Source: Candidatus Latescibacterota bacterium
Lineage (GTDB): Bacteria; Latescibacterota; UBA2968; GCA-2709665
Direction: 5' to 3'
DNA: 64,000 nt
Assembly: GCA_965203805.1 (NCBI GenBank)
Contig: OZ241917.1
Span: 992,001-1,056,000 of the forward strand
Each line of letters opens with the position of its first letter. Position 1 is the stretch's first letter. The notes beneath the pieces were generated by a model. That model was not told the DNA's origin. It did not search any database and worked only from the letters and a program-made list of their open reading frames with translations. Position numbers and translations under genes: made by a program. Below are positions 1 through 9,146 of this stretch, in pieces.

Positions 1-1
1 C

Positions 2-733
2 GACAGCCATGTGCATCTCAGACACGGCAATGCCGAACGTACGGAATATACAGCGCATCAGATTATCGAATCCATGGACGGCGCGGGCGTGGACAAATCG
101 GTCGTCTTCGCCATTTGCACCACCGCGTTCGACGCCATTGCGCGGGCCCGCACCGCGCACGAACTGTATCCGGACCGCCTTATCCCGTACGCGTACGCCC
201 TGCCCAATCCCGAACGTCCGATCATCGGAAGCATCGAAGAAGCCGTCACGCGCCTTGGTTTCAAGGGCATCAAGATACACGCCGGCGAGTGCACCCTGGC
301 GGAGTACGTGTCGGACCCCATCCTGAAACTGGCCGGCGAACACGGTGTGCCATGTCTTATCGATTTCATCGGCCGCGACGCCGACCTCGATCGCATGGCC
401 CGGTCCTTTCCCGATACCCCGATCATCGTCGCTCACATGGGCCGCTACCTGTGCACCGACCGGGGACTCATCGACCGGTTTGTCCGCATCGTCGAAACAA
501 ACGACAACGTGTATCTGGACATCAGCGGCGTCGTATTGATCTGGAAAATCCGCGAGGCGGTGGAACGTGTGGGGCCGGAACGCATCATCTGGGGAACCGA
601 CGGGCCCTACCCCACACCCGACCTGGCGTCGTATATCCGCACCGACCTCGCAAAGGTCAGGGCCTCCGGCATTACAGGACCGGAACTCTCCGCAATTCTT
701 GCCGGAAACATCTCCCGGCTGCTTGATCTCTGA
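2..733 (+). CDS. Amidohydrolase family protein (Amidohydro_2-like TIM barrel), 5' end outside window
   Basis: The frame is open from base 2 and reads DSHVHL (metal-binding HxH). It also has FKGIKIH, IVAHMG, NVYLDISG and IIWGTDGP motifs. Confidence 0.85.
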   Translation, partial: DSHVHLRHGNAERTEYTAHQIIESMDGAGVDKSVVFAICTTAFDAIARARTAHELYPDRLIPYAYALPNPERPIIGSIEEAVTRLGFKGIKIHAGECTLAEYVSDPILKLAGEHGVPCLIDFIGRDADLDRMARSFPDTPIIVAHMGRYLCTDRGLIDRFVRIVETNDNVYLDISGVVLIWKIREAVERVGPERIIWGTDGPYPTPDLASYIRTDLAKVRASGITGPELSAILAGNISRLLDL

Positions 734-807
734 CGCTTGATGCTTGTTATGACTCCCAACCCGCGGTTGTCCGGACCCGGCGATCGGTGACTTCACGACA
801 CTTTTTC

Positions 808-835
808 TTGACAAAAATCCGCGTTTGTATATTTT
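808..835 (+). promoter_or_regulatory. sigma70-type promoter for riboswitch-asd transcript
   Basis: TTGACA (808-813), 16 nt, TATTTT (830-835). This puts the start site just before riboswitch P1 at 845. Confidence 0.65.
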
Positions 836-844
836 CTTCCCGCT

Positions 845-1027
845 GCAAGGGTAGAGGCGCAGGCTTGCATCAGTAACCGGCAGTGGTCGGCGGACCCACA
901 GCTGCCGGACGAAAGGGTGAACCTGCCGAAGCCCGGAACTCCCTCCGCCGGGATTCACGGGCTGGGCTGCTGGATAAGATCCAGCGGACTGTCACGGGAA
1001 ACAAGGCCCCGTGGAGCGCTCTCTTGC
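845..1027 (+). ncRNA. Lysine riboswitch (L-box) aptamer
   Basis: Conserved elements occur in order: GTAGAGGCGC, AGTAA, GAAAGGG, GCCGAAG, CTGGG, ACTGTCAC, GTGGAGCGCT. P1 is GCAAGGG (845-851) pairing with CTCTTGC (1021-1027). It lies directly upstream of asd. Confidence 0.92.
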
Positions 1028-1048
1028 GATATCGCGCATTCCGGTCGT

Positions 1049-1089
1049 AGCCGGCGATGTCTCTACCTTTGGACATGCCGGCTGTTTTT
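1049..1089 (+). terminator. Intrinsic terminator (riboswitch expression platform)
   Basis: AGCCGGC-G-ATGTC ... GACAT-GCCGGCT followed by GTTTTT, between the aptamer and the asd RBS. Confidence 0.85.
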
Positions 1090-1126
1090 GTGCCGCCGAT
1101 AACCCTCACTCACAGAAGGAACGGAA

Positions 1127-2209
1127 ATGAAAAAACTCAAAGCAGGTGTTCTCGGGGCGACCGGCATGGTCGGTCAGCGCTTCGTCTCACTCCTGGAAGA
1201 CCATCCCTGGTTCGAGGTCTGTGTGGTGGCGGCCAGCCCGCGGTCGGCGGGCAAAACGTATCGCGAGGCCGTCGCGGGTCGATGGACGCTCACTTCCGAC
1301 ATTCCAATGAATACTGCCGATCTGACGGTCAGGAACGTGAACGAGGTCGACGCCATCGCCGATCAGGTCGACTTCGTCTGCTCGGCGCTGGATATGGAAA
1401 AAGAGGACATCCGCGACCTCGAGGACGCCTATGCCCGGCGGGAGACGCCCGTGGCGTCCAACAATTCCGCCCATCGGTGGACGCCGGACGTCCCCATGCT
1501 CATGCCCGAAATCAACCCGGGACACGTGGACATCATCGAGGCCCAGCGCAAGCGTCTGGGCACCCGCTCGGGCTTTGTCGCCGTCAAACCGAACTGTTCG
1601 ATTCAGCCCTATGTCCCTGCCTTCGAGGCGTTGGCGGACTTTGGGCCTCAGCGCGCATCCGTATGCACGTACCAGGCGATTTCAGGCGCGGGAAAGACCT
1701 TTGCGTCGTGGCCCGAAATGGAGGACAATATTATCCCCTTCATCGGAGGGGAAGAAGAGAAAAGCTCCATGGAACCGCTGAAAATCTGGGGCGAGATTCA
1801 CAACGGCGAAATCCGAAACGCAAGCGGACCGGTCATTTCCGCACAGTGCATCCGGGTGCCCGTCAGCGACGGACATATGGCCGCCACGTCGGTGTCATTC
1901 GAAAGGAAGCCTTCCCGGGAGCAGGTTATCGAGTCCTGGCGTAATTTCCAGGGGGATCCGAAGGCGGCCAACCTGCCTTCTTCGCCCAGACCGTTTCTGA
2001 CGTATTTCGATGAAGACGACCGGCCGCAGACCCGGTTGGACCGGGACGCGGGCGATGGCATGGGCGTCACGCTGGGGAGGCTGAGGGACGACAACCTTTT
2101 CGACTACAGATTCATCGCCCTGAGTCACAACACCGTTCGAGGGGCGGCGGGCGGCGCCGTTCTCATGGCCGAACTGCTTGCGGCCGAGGGTTATCTGCGG
2201 GCAAAGTAG
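1127..2209 (+). CDS. asd: Aspartate-semialdehyde dehydrogenase
   Basis: GVLGATGMVGQRF Rossmann motif, catalytic PNCS, TYQAISGAG, RVPVSDGH and HNTVRGAAG; lysine riboswitch upstream. Confidence 0.96.
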   Translation: MKKLKAGVLGATGMVGQRFVSLLEDHPWFEVCVVAASPRSAGKTYREAVAGRWTLTSDIPMNTADLTVRNVNEVDAIADQVDFVCSALDMEKEDIRDLEDAYARRETPVASNNSAHRWTPDVPMLMPEINPGHVDIIEAQRKRLGTRSGFVAVKPNCSIQPYVPAFEALADFGPQRASVCTYQAISGAGKTFASWPEMEDNIIPFIGGEEEKSSMEPLKIWGEIHNGEIRNASGPVISAQCIRVPVSDGHMAATSVSFERKPSREQVIESWRNFQGDPKAANLPSSPRPFLTYFDEDDRPQTRLDRDAGDGMGVTLGRLRDDNLFDYRFIALSHNTVRGAAGGAVLMAELLAAEGYLRAK

Positions 2210-2241
2210 CTTCAATTGACGTGCGCTTTTCCGGCAGATTC

Positions 2242-4749
2242 TCAGTGTGGAACCCCCTGCCGGTGCAACCGGCGGTGGATAGCCTCTCTTGCCTCCTGAA
2301 ACGGTCGCTCCAGGTATGCCATGTGATCCTCTTCCCCGTGGTGGTGCGTGACCTCGCCCGGCCTGTGCTGCCGGCTGTTCTCGTGCATGTACGTCAGGCA
2401 GCCGTCCACCAGCGTCAACATGTACCGCGCCGTTTCAGAATCGAACATCCACCACTCGCCGCCGCAGGCAATATAGACCGGGGAGGTATGCGCCATCATG
2501 CCGCGTCCCCATCCGTCGAGGTGGGGAACCGCCCGGGTATAGTCCGGGCCTCCGCACCGTGCGGCCAGCCACGAGTGGGCACCCACTTCGATTTCCGCTT
2601 TCAGTCTCAGCTTTCGCGCACCCCCCGATTCTTCCGTTGAGGCAACCACGCGCCCGTCCTGCACGATCTGCAGTGTATGGATGGGCAGCACGCATTCAGC
2701 CTCCGCGACCGCTTCGACACAGCCGCCGTTACCCGGCAGTCTGACCGTGTCGCCGATGTCGTGGCCATCCACGGTGAACCGGATGATCGGCCCTCCGCTG
2801 TGAAAGGTCCGGCCCGCGGCCATGTTCCTGCACCAGGTTTCGTAGGTGAACGGCTCGTCGTCGGGAATCCTCACGTACGTTCGGTAGATGCCCACCGGCA
2901 CGTCGCTGCTCATCTTGTCCGTGCCACCCACGAGCGGCAGCCTGTATCCGCAGTTCAGATACCTGTAGTATTCGTTGTGATTGTACGTTGCGTGCCTGAG
3001 CATCTCAACGGCGTCGGCGCGCCCCGTTGCGATGAGTGCGGCCGGCTCCCCGTTGGGATTGGGAAGGTGGGGAATGATCACGGTTCCGTCCTGTGCGTGG
3101 CATCGGTCCGCCCAATCCGCCATGGTCACCTCGAGCGTTCCTCCCATCTCCGCTTCGCCGGGGCCGTCGGAACACCAGGGCATCACTGTCTCCTTCAGAC
3201 CGAGCAGAATCAGATGCCCGAGGAAATGCTGCCGGTTTTCCGATCCGACGTAGACGATGCTTCTCCCGTCCGGCGACACGCTCGCTCTGCCGGTGAACTC
3301 CTCGGTGCTGGTAAAGAGGTTGCCCCACTGCGAGGGCAGCAGGTTGACGACGTTCAGGTCCTCTCCCTGGGCCTCGGTGTGGCTTCCCTGCGTGGAAAGA
3401 AAATGGACGTGGGAATCCCCGCTGAACCACCTCTCGTCATTCATGCTGCACCAGCGTTTCAGCCGCAAATCCAGTTCCCGCTGTCCGGGCGTGATTTCCA
3501 CCGCGGCGCGGAGCGGCTCGTACTCGAATCCCCGGGCCACGTCCACGATGACCCGTCCCCTGGGCAGCCAGCCCTGGCAGGTGCCGTCCGTATAGGCATA
3601 GGTAATCTGACCCAGCCGCACGTCGCCGCCCACGTCGACGTGCCACGTACCGAGGTTGGAGTTCACGTGCGGATGGTGACCGTGCGGCGCGTACGGTATC
3701 CCTTCGGGCGACCTGAAGTGCACCCGGCAGGGTACCGGTTTCCCGGTCTCGTCATCGACCACCCGGGTGTGCACCCAGTTGCGCCCGCGGTTTACGACCT
3801 CGACCTTCAACGCAGCGGTCTCGACGCTGCCGCGTTTCTCCAGTTCCCCCCAATTTACGGCACCCAGCGTTTCGGAACTCTGGCTCACCGTGACGGTTGC
3901 CGACGGAATCGCGGCCACTTCGACGTACGCCGGACTGCTCGCCGGGTTCTGCGGCTCCCCCCAGCCCTTTCTGTCATCCCTGAGGAAATCGTCCGTCGGC
4001 CGCGCCGGCAGCGGATAGGGGTACGTGGCGATACCCCGGTCCACCTGCACATCCAGGTCGAACGGCTTGTCGGCATCCTCCTGTCTAGGCAGCGTAATCA
4101 ATACTTCCCGCGGGGCCTCTCGCGAAATCGGATGCTCGTCGGCGTGCCCAAGCGTGATGCCTCCGATGACAAACCGGAGGTCCCCGGGAATCACCTCCAG
4201 CCGTTCGATCAGTCGGTCCGGGTGGGGATTCTTCCAGACCCAGAGCGTAAAGGCACTCGAACGGCCCTGAATCGCCTCGGTCTGACGTCGACCGGCGTCG
4301 CCCCACCTGCCCTCGTAGCGGGGCAGCATTTCGTCGGTCCGGTCCTGCACCGCGATAAACGGGAGCCCTGCCGCCGCCGGTACCGCGCCAATCTCGAAAC
4401 GGTCCCTGATCGGCGCCGAGACGGCCTCGCCACCCTCGAAATGGAAGCGGTATTCTGCAACGCGCTCACCGATCGGCCCGTTATCCGGAATCCCGGAATC
4501 AAGCAACCGGTGCGCCACGACCACCCGCTGCGCCGTTTTTTCGACCGGGACGGCGACCGGTCGGCGCGACACCCCTTCCCCGAAACCCAGCAGGCAGGGC
4601 GCGGCCCTGCCGTCCGCGCGTCCGATCAGGAACGGCAGACCCTGGAAGTGATGGACGCCCGCGGGCACATCCAATGCCTCACCCAGGCGCTCAGGGTCCG
4701 TATTGCACATCGACGACAGATCCAGCGGTTCATAAGCAGCCATACCCAA
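2242..4749 (-). CDS. CehA/McbA-family PHP-like metallohydrolase with long N-terminal beta domains
   Basis: WFSGDSHVH, ENRQHFLGHL, IIPH, YYRYLNCGYRLPLVGGTD, GRTFHSGGP and AHTSPVY motifs; VARGFEYEP beta-sandwich before the barrel. Confidence 0.8.
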   Translation of the reverse strand: MGMAAYEPLDLSSMCNTDPERLGEALDVPAGVHHFQGLPFLIGRADGRAAPCLLGFGEGVSRRPVAVPVEKTAQRVVVAHRLLDSGIPDNGPIGERVAEYRFHFEGGEAVSAPIRDRFEIGAVPAAAGLPFIAVQDRTDEMLPRYEGRWGDAGRRQTEAIQGRSSAFTLWVWKNPHPDRLIERLEVIPGDLRFVIGGITLGHADEHPISREAPREVLITLPRQEDADKPFDLDVQVDRGIATYPYPLPARPTDDFLRDDRKGWGEPQNPASSPAYVEVAAIPSATVTVSQSSETLGAVNWGELEKRGSVETAALKVEVVNRGRNWVHTRVVDDETGKPVPCRVHFRSPEGIPYAPHGHHPHVNSNLGTWHVDVGGDVRLGQITYAYTDGTCQGWLPRGRVIVDVARGFEYEPLRAAVEITPGQRELDLRLKRWCSMNDERWFSGDSHVHFLSTQGSHTEAQGEDLNVVNLLPSQWGNLFTSTEEFTGRASVSPDGRSIVYVGSENRQHFLGHLILLGLKETVMPWCSDGPGEAEMGGTLEVTMADWADRCHAQDGTVIIPHLPNPNGEPAALIATGRADAVEMLRHATYNHNEYYRYLNCGYRLPLVGGTDKMSSDVPVGIYRTYVRIPDDEPFTYETWCRNMAAGRTFHSGGPIIRFTVDGHDIGDTVRLPGNGGCVEAVAEAECVLPIHTLQIVQDGRVVASTEESGGARKLRLKAEIEVGAHSWLAARCGGPDYTRAVPHLDGWGRGMMAHTSPVYIACGGEWWMFDSETARYMLTLVDGCLTYMHENSRQHRPGEVTHHHGEEDHMAYLERPFQEAREAIHRRLHRQGVPH

Positions 4750-4778
4750 AAGCCCCTTGTGGACAAAGCGTCTCGACG

Positions 4779-5744
4779 CTACGTCACCCGGTTGCGCGGG
4801 CGGCCCTCCAGAAATGCGATGACGTTGTCCACCGCGCCCCCGTTCAGCAGGTCAACCCCTTCCGGCGTCATGTCCGCGCAGTGAGGCGTCAGCACCGCGT
4901 GTTCGCAAGACAGCAGCGGATGCGATGGCGGCAGCGGCTCCTCGTCGTAGACGTCGATCGCCGCGCCGCCCAGACGCCCCGACCTGAGTGCGGCCACCAT
5001 CGCGGCCGTATCGACCACCGGTCCCCGGGCGCCGTTTAACAGAATAGCGCCGTCTTTCATCAGTCCGAATTCCCTCGCGCCGATCAACCCGCGGCTGTCT
5101 TCGGTGAGCGCCACATGCATGCTGACGACGTCGGCTTCGGCCAGCAATTCGTCGAGTTTCACGAAACGCACGCCCAGCCTGTCTGCCCGTTCAGGCGACG
5201 GATTGTAGGTCCACGCGATCACCTCCATCCCGATGGCGCGTCCCAGCCTGGCCATCTCCGCCCCGATATTCCCGGCGCCGACGATACCCAACACCTTGCC
5301 CTGCAGATAGATGCCGTCCATCCTGGGCCATTCGCCCGCCTTCATCCGCTCCGTAAAGAACGCCGCGCGTTTCGCCGCGGAGAACATAAGCCCGAACATG
5401 TGTTCGGCCACCACCGGCGCCGTTCGCCCCGGCTGGTTGCAGATGACAATCCCGTGCGCTCTGGCGGCTTCAAGGTCGAACATGTCGGTACCGATCGAGC
5501 AACTCGTAATCATCCGCAGATCGGGCAACCGTTCGAATTCTTCCCGCCTCCAGGACACCACGCCTCTTGTGTTGATGATGACTTCCGAGCCCTCCGCGCG
5601 CGCGACTTTCTCCGCACTCGACTCCGGCCTCGTATCGTACAGAACCACCTGACCATAACGCGCCAGGCGGTCCAGATGGGGAGACCCCGCGATCATCACC
5701 GGATCGTCTCCCGGGACCAGCATCCTTACCGTTCCATCGGCCAT
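4779..5744 (-). CDS. D-isomer-specific 2-hydroxyacid dehydrogenase (SerA/glycerate DH-like)
   Basis: GIVGAGNIG, LLNGARGPVVD, AAIDVYDEEP and LTPHCA motifs. Start set at ATG 5744 with a GGAGGT RBS. Confidence 0.9.
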   Translation of the reverse strand: MADGTVRMLVPGDDPVMIAGSPHLDRLARYGQVVLYDTRPESSAEKVARAEGSEVIINTRGVVSWRREEFERLPDLRMITSCSIGTDMFDLEAARAHGIVICNQPGRTAPVVAEHMFGLMFSAAKRAAFFTERMKAGEWPRMDGIYLQGKVLGIVGAGNIGAEMARLGRAIGMEVIAWTYNPSPERADRLGVRFVKLDELLAEADVVSMHVALTEDSRGLIGAREFGLMKDGAILLNGARGPVVDTAAMVAALRSGRLGGAAIDVYDEEPLPPSHPLLSCEHAVLTPHCADMTPEGVDLLNGGAVDNVIAFLEGRPRNRVT

Positions 5745-5940
5745 CTCCGGACCTCCAGTGTGGCGACATCTGACAACACGGTTGCCGCAGGGACCGCACG
5801 CGGCAGGGGCGTCCCGTATCCCGAATGCCGAAGGAGGCCGAACACCGCAAGCCTGGGGGACGATGCCTCCAGTACCGGAATCCGCCCGCTCCGGGATCCG
5901 TTCATGCGCACGCATCCTGACGGAGTCCGTCCAAGCGCGC

Positions 5941-7131
5941 TCACTCGCCTTTCGGTATCCGCGACGGACCCTCGGATGCCAACGTGGTCAACGCGCCGAG
6001 CAGCAGGTCGATTTCCTCTTCCAGCAGGAAAAACGGTACGCTGGCGCGCAGTCCCCGCCGCGTCGAGCTGAATGCCTTGACGACGATGCGCCAGCGCCGC
6101 CTAAGCGCATCCCTCACGTCCTCGGGCCGCCAACCCTCCATATCGAATGCGACGACGGCGGCGGACTGTCCGGCGGACGTCGGGGTGAACACCCTGACAT
6201 CCGGGATCCCGGTCAACCCCTGCTTCAACCGGGTCGTCAGCGCCGCGGTGCGCGCCCAGATAGCGTCCAGTCCAATGTTCTCCAGGTATGCCACCGCCGA
6301 CGCCCAGGCGTGCACGAGCGGCCACGACCACGGCCCGAATTCGAACCGCTCGGTATTATCCTTGAGTTCGAAACGATCCTCCCCGAAGTCCACCCACGCC
6401 TGCGCCCGCCCGCCTGCGTAGGTCACGCGTATTTCATCCCGGCGGTCCTCCCGTGCAAACAGCGCTCCGGCGGCATAGGGTGAATACATCCACTTGTAGG
6501 AAAGAACTCCCGCGAAGTCGCAGCCCACTTCGTGCAGATCCAGGGGGTACAACCCGGCGGAGTGCGCCATGTCCAGAAACGTGAGGACGCCCCGCGCCCT
6601 CGCGACGGAACAGATCCGCTCCACGGGCAGGCGGAACCCCGAGTCTGAAATCACGTGGCTCAAGGCTACCAGACGGGTACGCTCCGTGATGCGTCCCGCG
6701 ACCGCTTCGACCTGTCCATCCGCGCATTCCACGAGGGGCGCCTTGTCCACGATGACGCCGTACAGATCGCGCAGATGAAGACAGGGCACGAGCAGGGCCA
6801 CCTCTTCTTCTTCGGAAATCAGGATGCGGTCTCCTGCCTTCCAGTCCAGGCCGCGGATAACCGTCTGGAACGCTTCGCTCACCCCGCGCATCAACGCCAG
6901 ATCGCCGGCCCGTACGCCGAAGAATCTCCCGAGGCGCTCCTTGGACCGTTCCCGGCGCGGGTATTCCTCGTCGGGAAACGCAATGTGCATTGGACCGCGC
7001 TCGAACAGTTCCCGCATCAGCGCCAGATGCGTCCGGGCAACCGGAGCCGGGGTGATGCTCACGCCACCGTTCTGGAACCAGACGAATTTTTCCAGCGGCG
7101 GGAAGTCCGCCCTGATCTTCCCTATATTCAT
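5941..7131 (-). CDS. Class V PLP-dependent enzyme (aminotransferase V; CefD/EgtE/SufS-like fold)
   Basis: IRADFP start, LVALSHV, FLDMAHSAG, PLP-lysine motif LSYKW, RFEFG and LRASV. Confidence 0.85.
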   Translation of the reverse strand: MNIGKIRADFPPLEKFVWFQNGGVSITPAPVARTHLALMRELFERGPMHIAFPDEEYPRRERSKERLGRFFGVRAGDLALMRGVSEAFQTVIRGLDWKAGDRILISEEEEVALLVPCLHLRDLYGVIVDKAPLVECADGQVEAVAGRITERTRLVALSHVISDSGFRLPVERICSVARARGVLTFLDMAHSAGLYPLDLHEVGCDFAGVLSYKWMYSPYAAGALFAREDRRDEIRVTYAGGRAQAWVDFGEDRFELKDNTERFEFGPWSWPLVHAWASAVAYLENIGLDAIWARTAALTTRLKQGLTGIPDVRVFTPTSAGQSAAVVAFDMEGWRPEDVRDALRRRWRIVVKAFSSTRRGLRASVPFFLLEEEIDLLLGALTTLASEGPSRIPKGE

Positions 7132-7232
7132 ATGCCAGCGCCCAGGTGAAACCAGGTTTTCGGAACAAGCAAGCCGGCTTCCGATCGGTTAAAGCGCGTT
7201 TCGCATCCGTGCCCGCGTTGCGGGTCGCCGCC

Positions 7233-8138
7233 TTAGCGCCAATGGGCGGGCAGTATGACGTCCCTCAATCCCAGTTGCCGCGCAATCCAGCGCTCCTGGT
7301 AGACCCCATCCTTGTAGCGGGAGTGCTCCGAGGCGCGAACCTGAGGAACCGCCTGCATGGCATCGGCTACCTCACCAAGCGTTTCCCGGCTGCCCCACAG
7401 CAGGGTCGGCGCCGTGATCCGTGGCGCAAAGAACAACGGGTCGAAATAGGATACCGTACGGGCTACAGCGTGGCGGCGATCCGGATATTGCCGCAGATAT
7501 TCGTTGATCTCCTCCAACGGATAACCCTCCGTGCCGGCCGCCCGATCCATCGTGCGATGGAAGAATGACGGTGAAGCAACCAGGTGGGTCAGTCCCCCGC
7601 GCAGGGCGGCGGACAAGAGCGGCATCTCGTTCTGGCCTATCCCGACGATTCGCCCGGGGTCCGCTTCCGGACGCGTCAGCACATAGTCGACCGCCCGGCA
7701 ACAGTCGGCCACGATGCCCCGCATCACGTACCTTTCGTGGTCTTCTATCCCGTCCACAAACAAGCCGGGGAACGACGCCGCGTAGGGCTTGTCGGCGTTC
7801 CGCTGCCCCCTGGCGGCCATGGCGAACACCAGGAACCGCCGTCTCTTCTCGCTTGCATCGCCCTGCGGCAGCGGTTCCACCACACTCTGCAGGCGCGTGA
7901 AATACAGAAGCGTCGGAAACGGTCCCTTCCCCCGGGGAATGCTCAGGTAACCGAACAGTCGGTACGGACCGATGCTGGTAAAGCGCACCCCGTACGTCGT
8001 GGAATAGTCGGTCGACCGAATGGGCATCAATTCCACTTCAGGCGCAATTGGCGTCGCGTCTAACGCGTTGACGACGCGATTCCAGTACGCATCGAAATCA
8101 TCGGGTCTGACCGTCGTCGACATGCATAGGCTGGACAC
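7233..8138 (-). CDS. CE7 acetylxylan esterase/cephalosporin-C deacetylase-like protein with degenerate active site
   Basis: RPDDFDAYW, ARGQ, DCCRAVDYV, YPLEEI and VSYFD match the neighbouring CE7 gene, but the nucleophile elbow reads GIGQNEM. GTG start with GGAGGT RBS. Confidence 0.8.
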   Translation of the reverse strand: MSSLCMSTTVRPDDFDAYWNRVVNALDATPIAPEVELMPIRSTDYSTTYGVRFTSIGPYRLFGYLSIPRGKGPFPTLLYFTRLQSVVEPLPQGDASEKRRRFLVFAMAARGQRNADKPYAASFPGLFVDGIEDHERYVMRGIVADCCRAVDYVLTRPEADPGRIVGIGQNEMPLLSAALRGGLTHLVASPSFFHRTMDRAAGTEGYPLEEINEYLRQYPDRRHAVARTVSYFDPLFFAPRITAPTLLWGSRETLGEVADAMQAVPQVRASEHSRYKDGVYQERWIARQLGLRDVILPAHWR

Positions 8139-8187
8139 TGATAACCTCCACTGGCGTCGGGGGAATCCGTTTACGCCGGTTCCGTGT

Positions 8188-9117
8188 TCAGGGGTGGATC
8201 TTCAGGTGTTTCTCGAAAAACGCCTTGATTACGCTACCGTGCGCCACGCTGCCCGCATCGTGGGCGTGGCCGTCGTACGCATACATGCGTTTGTCGCTCG
8301 ACGCGATTGCCCGGAATGCCGCATATCCGGTCTCGGGCGGGCAGATGTTGTCCTGCAACCCCACGTTGACGATTATCGGGCACGAAATGCGCGGACCGAA
8401 GTGGATCCCGTCAAAATAGGCAAGCGTTGCCCGGACCGAGGGCTCCCTATCGGGGTATAGTCGCAGATAGTCCCGGATTTCCTGGTATGGATAGGTGTGC
8501 GCCAGTTGGATCGCATCCATAAACCCGCAGAGGTAAGGCGCCCCGGCAGCTCCGGCAGCAGGATTCCTGAGCCCGGCAACCACCAGCGTCAGTCCGCCAC
8601 CCTGGCTGCTGCCGGTCACGCCGATCCGCTCGGAATCCACTTCCTCTCTGCCGGCCAGAAAATCGAACGCACGCACCGCGTCGATATAGAACCCCCGATA
8701 GGAATAGGTGTTCCGGTCCACGATATTGTGTGTCAACAGTCCCGGATAGCCGGGATTGAACTGACCGTTGCTTCTGAGTTTTCCCCTCGGCGCGACGCTG
8801 AAAACCGCGTAGCCCGTTTTAGCCTGTTGTTTCGGGACAGGCGGCTCTCCGATATATCCGGGCACCTGCAGTATCGACGGCAGCTTCCCCGTATGCGACG
8901 CGGGAAGGCAGTACCATCCCGCGATTCGGATACCATCGATACTGTCGAAGCGGACGTCGAACACGTCTACGTCGGCCGTCGATCTGAGGGGGCTGTGTGT
9001 CACGGCTGCGTTCAGCGGCATGGGATCGACCGCGGCGAGAACGTCGTCCCAGAATTCATCGAAATCGTCGGGCCGCACCATCGATGTGCCGTAATTCTCA
9101 ATTGCGTTCCTGTCCAT
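8188..9117 (-). CDS. CE7 acetylxylan esterase/cephalosporin-C deacetylase
   Basis: RPDDFDEFW, GVTGSSQGGG (Ser), GLQDNICPP (Asp), GHAH (His) and LAYFD. Confidence 0.9.
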   Translation of the reverse strand: MDRNAIENYGTSMVRPDDFDEFWDDVLAAVDPMPLNAAVTHSPLRSTADVDVFDVRFDSIDGIRIAGWYCLPASHTGKLPSILQVPGYIGEPPVPKQQAKTGYAVFSVAPRGKLRSNGQFNPGYPGLLTHNIVDRNTYSYRGFYIDAVRAFDFLAGREEVDSERIGVTGSSQGGGLTLVVAGLRNPAAGAAGAPYLCGFMDAIQLAHTYPYQEIRDYLRLYPDREPSVRATLAYFDGIHFGPRISCPIIVNVGLQDNICPPETGYAAFRAIASSDKRMYAYDGHAHDAGSVAHGSVIKAFFEKHLKIHP

Positions 9118-9146
9118 ATAGGTGTCCTGTCCCAGATAACCGGCGG

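Noticed and set aside
2677-4884. 735-aa plus-strand ORF, and similar long ORFs at 13171-14484, 20547-21977, 28234-29610, 54455-56056 and 59885-61276
   Set aside because: They lie antisense to well-supported genes, are Arg/Pro/Gly-rich and have no motifs. These are shadow ORFs expected at high GC.
5941-9117. Beta-lactam biosynthetic cluster (CefD-like plus cephalosporin deacetylase-like)
   Set aside because: No NRPS, IPNS or expandase in the window, and the family names do not imply these substrates.
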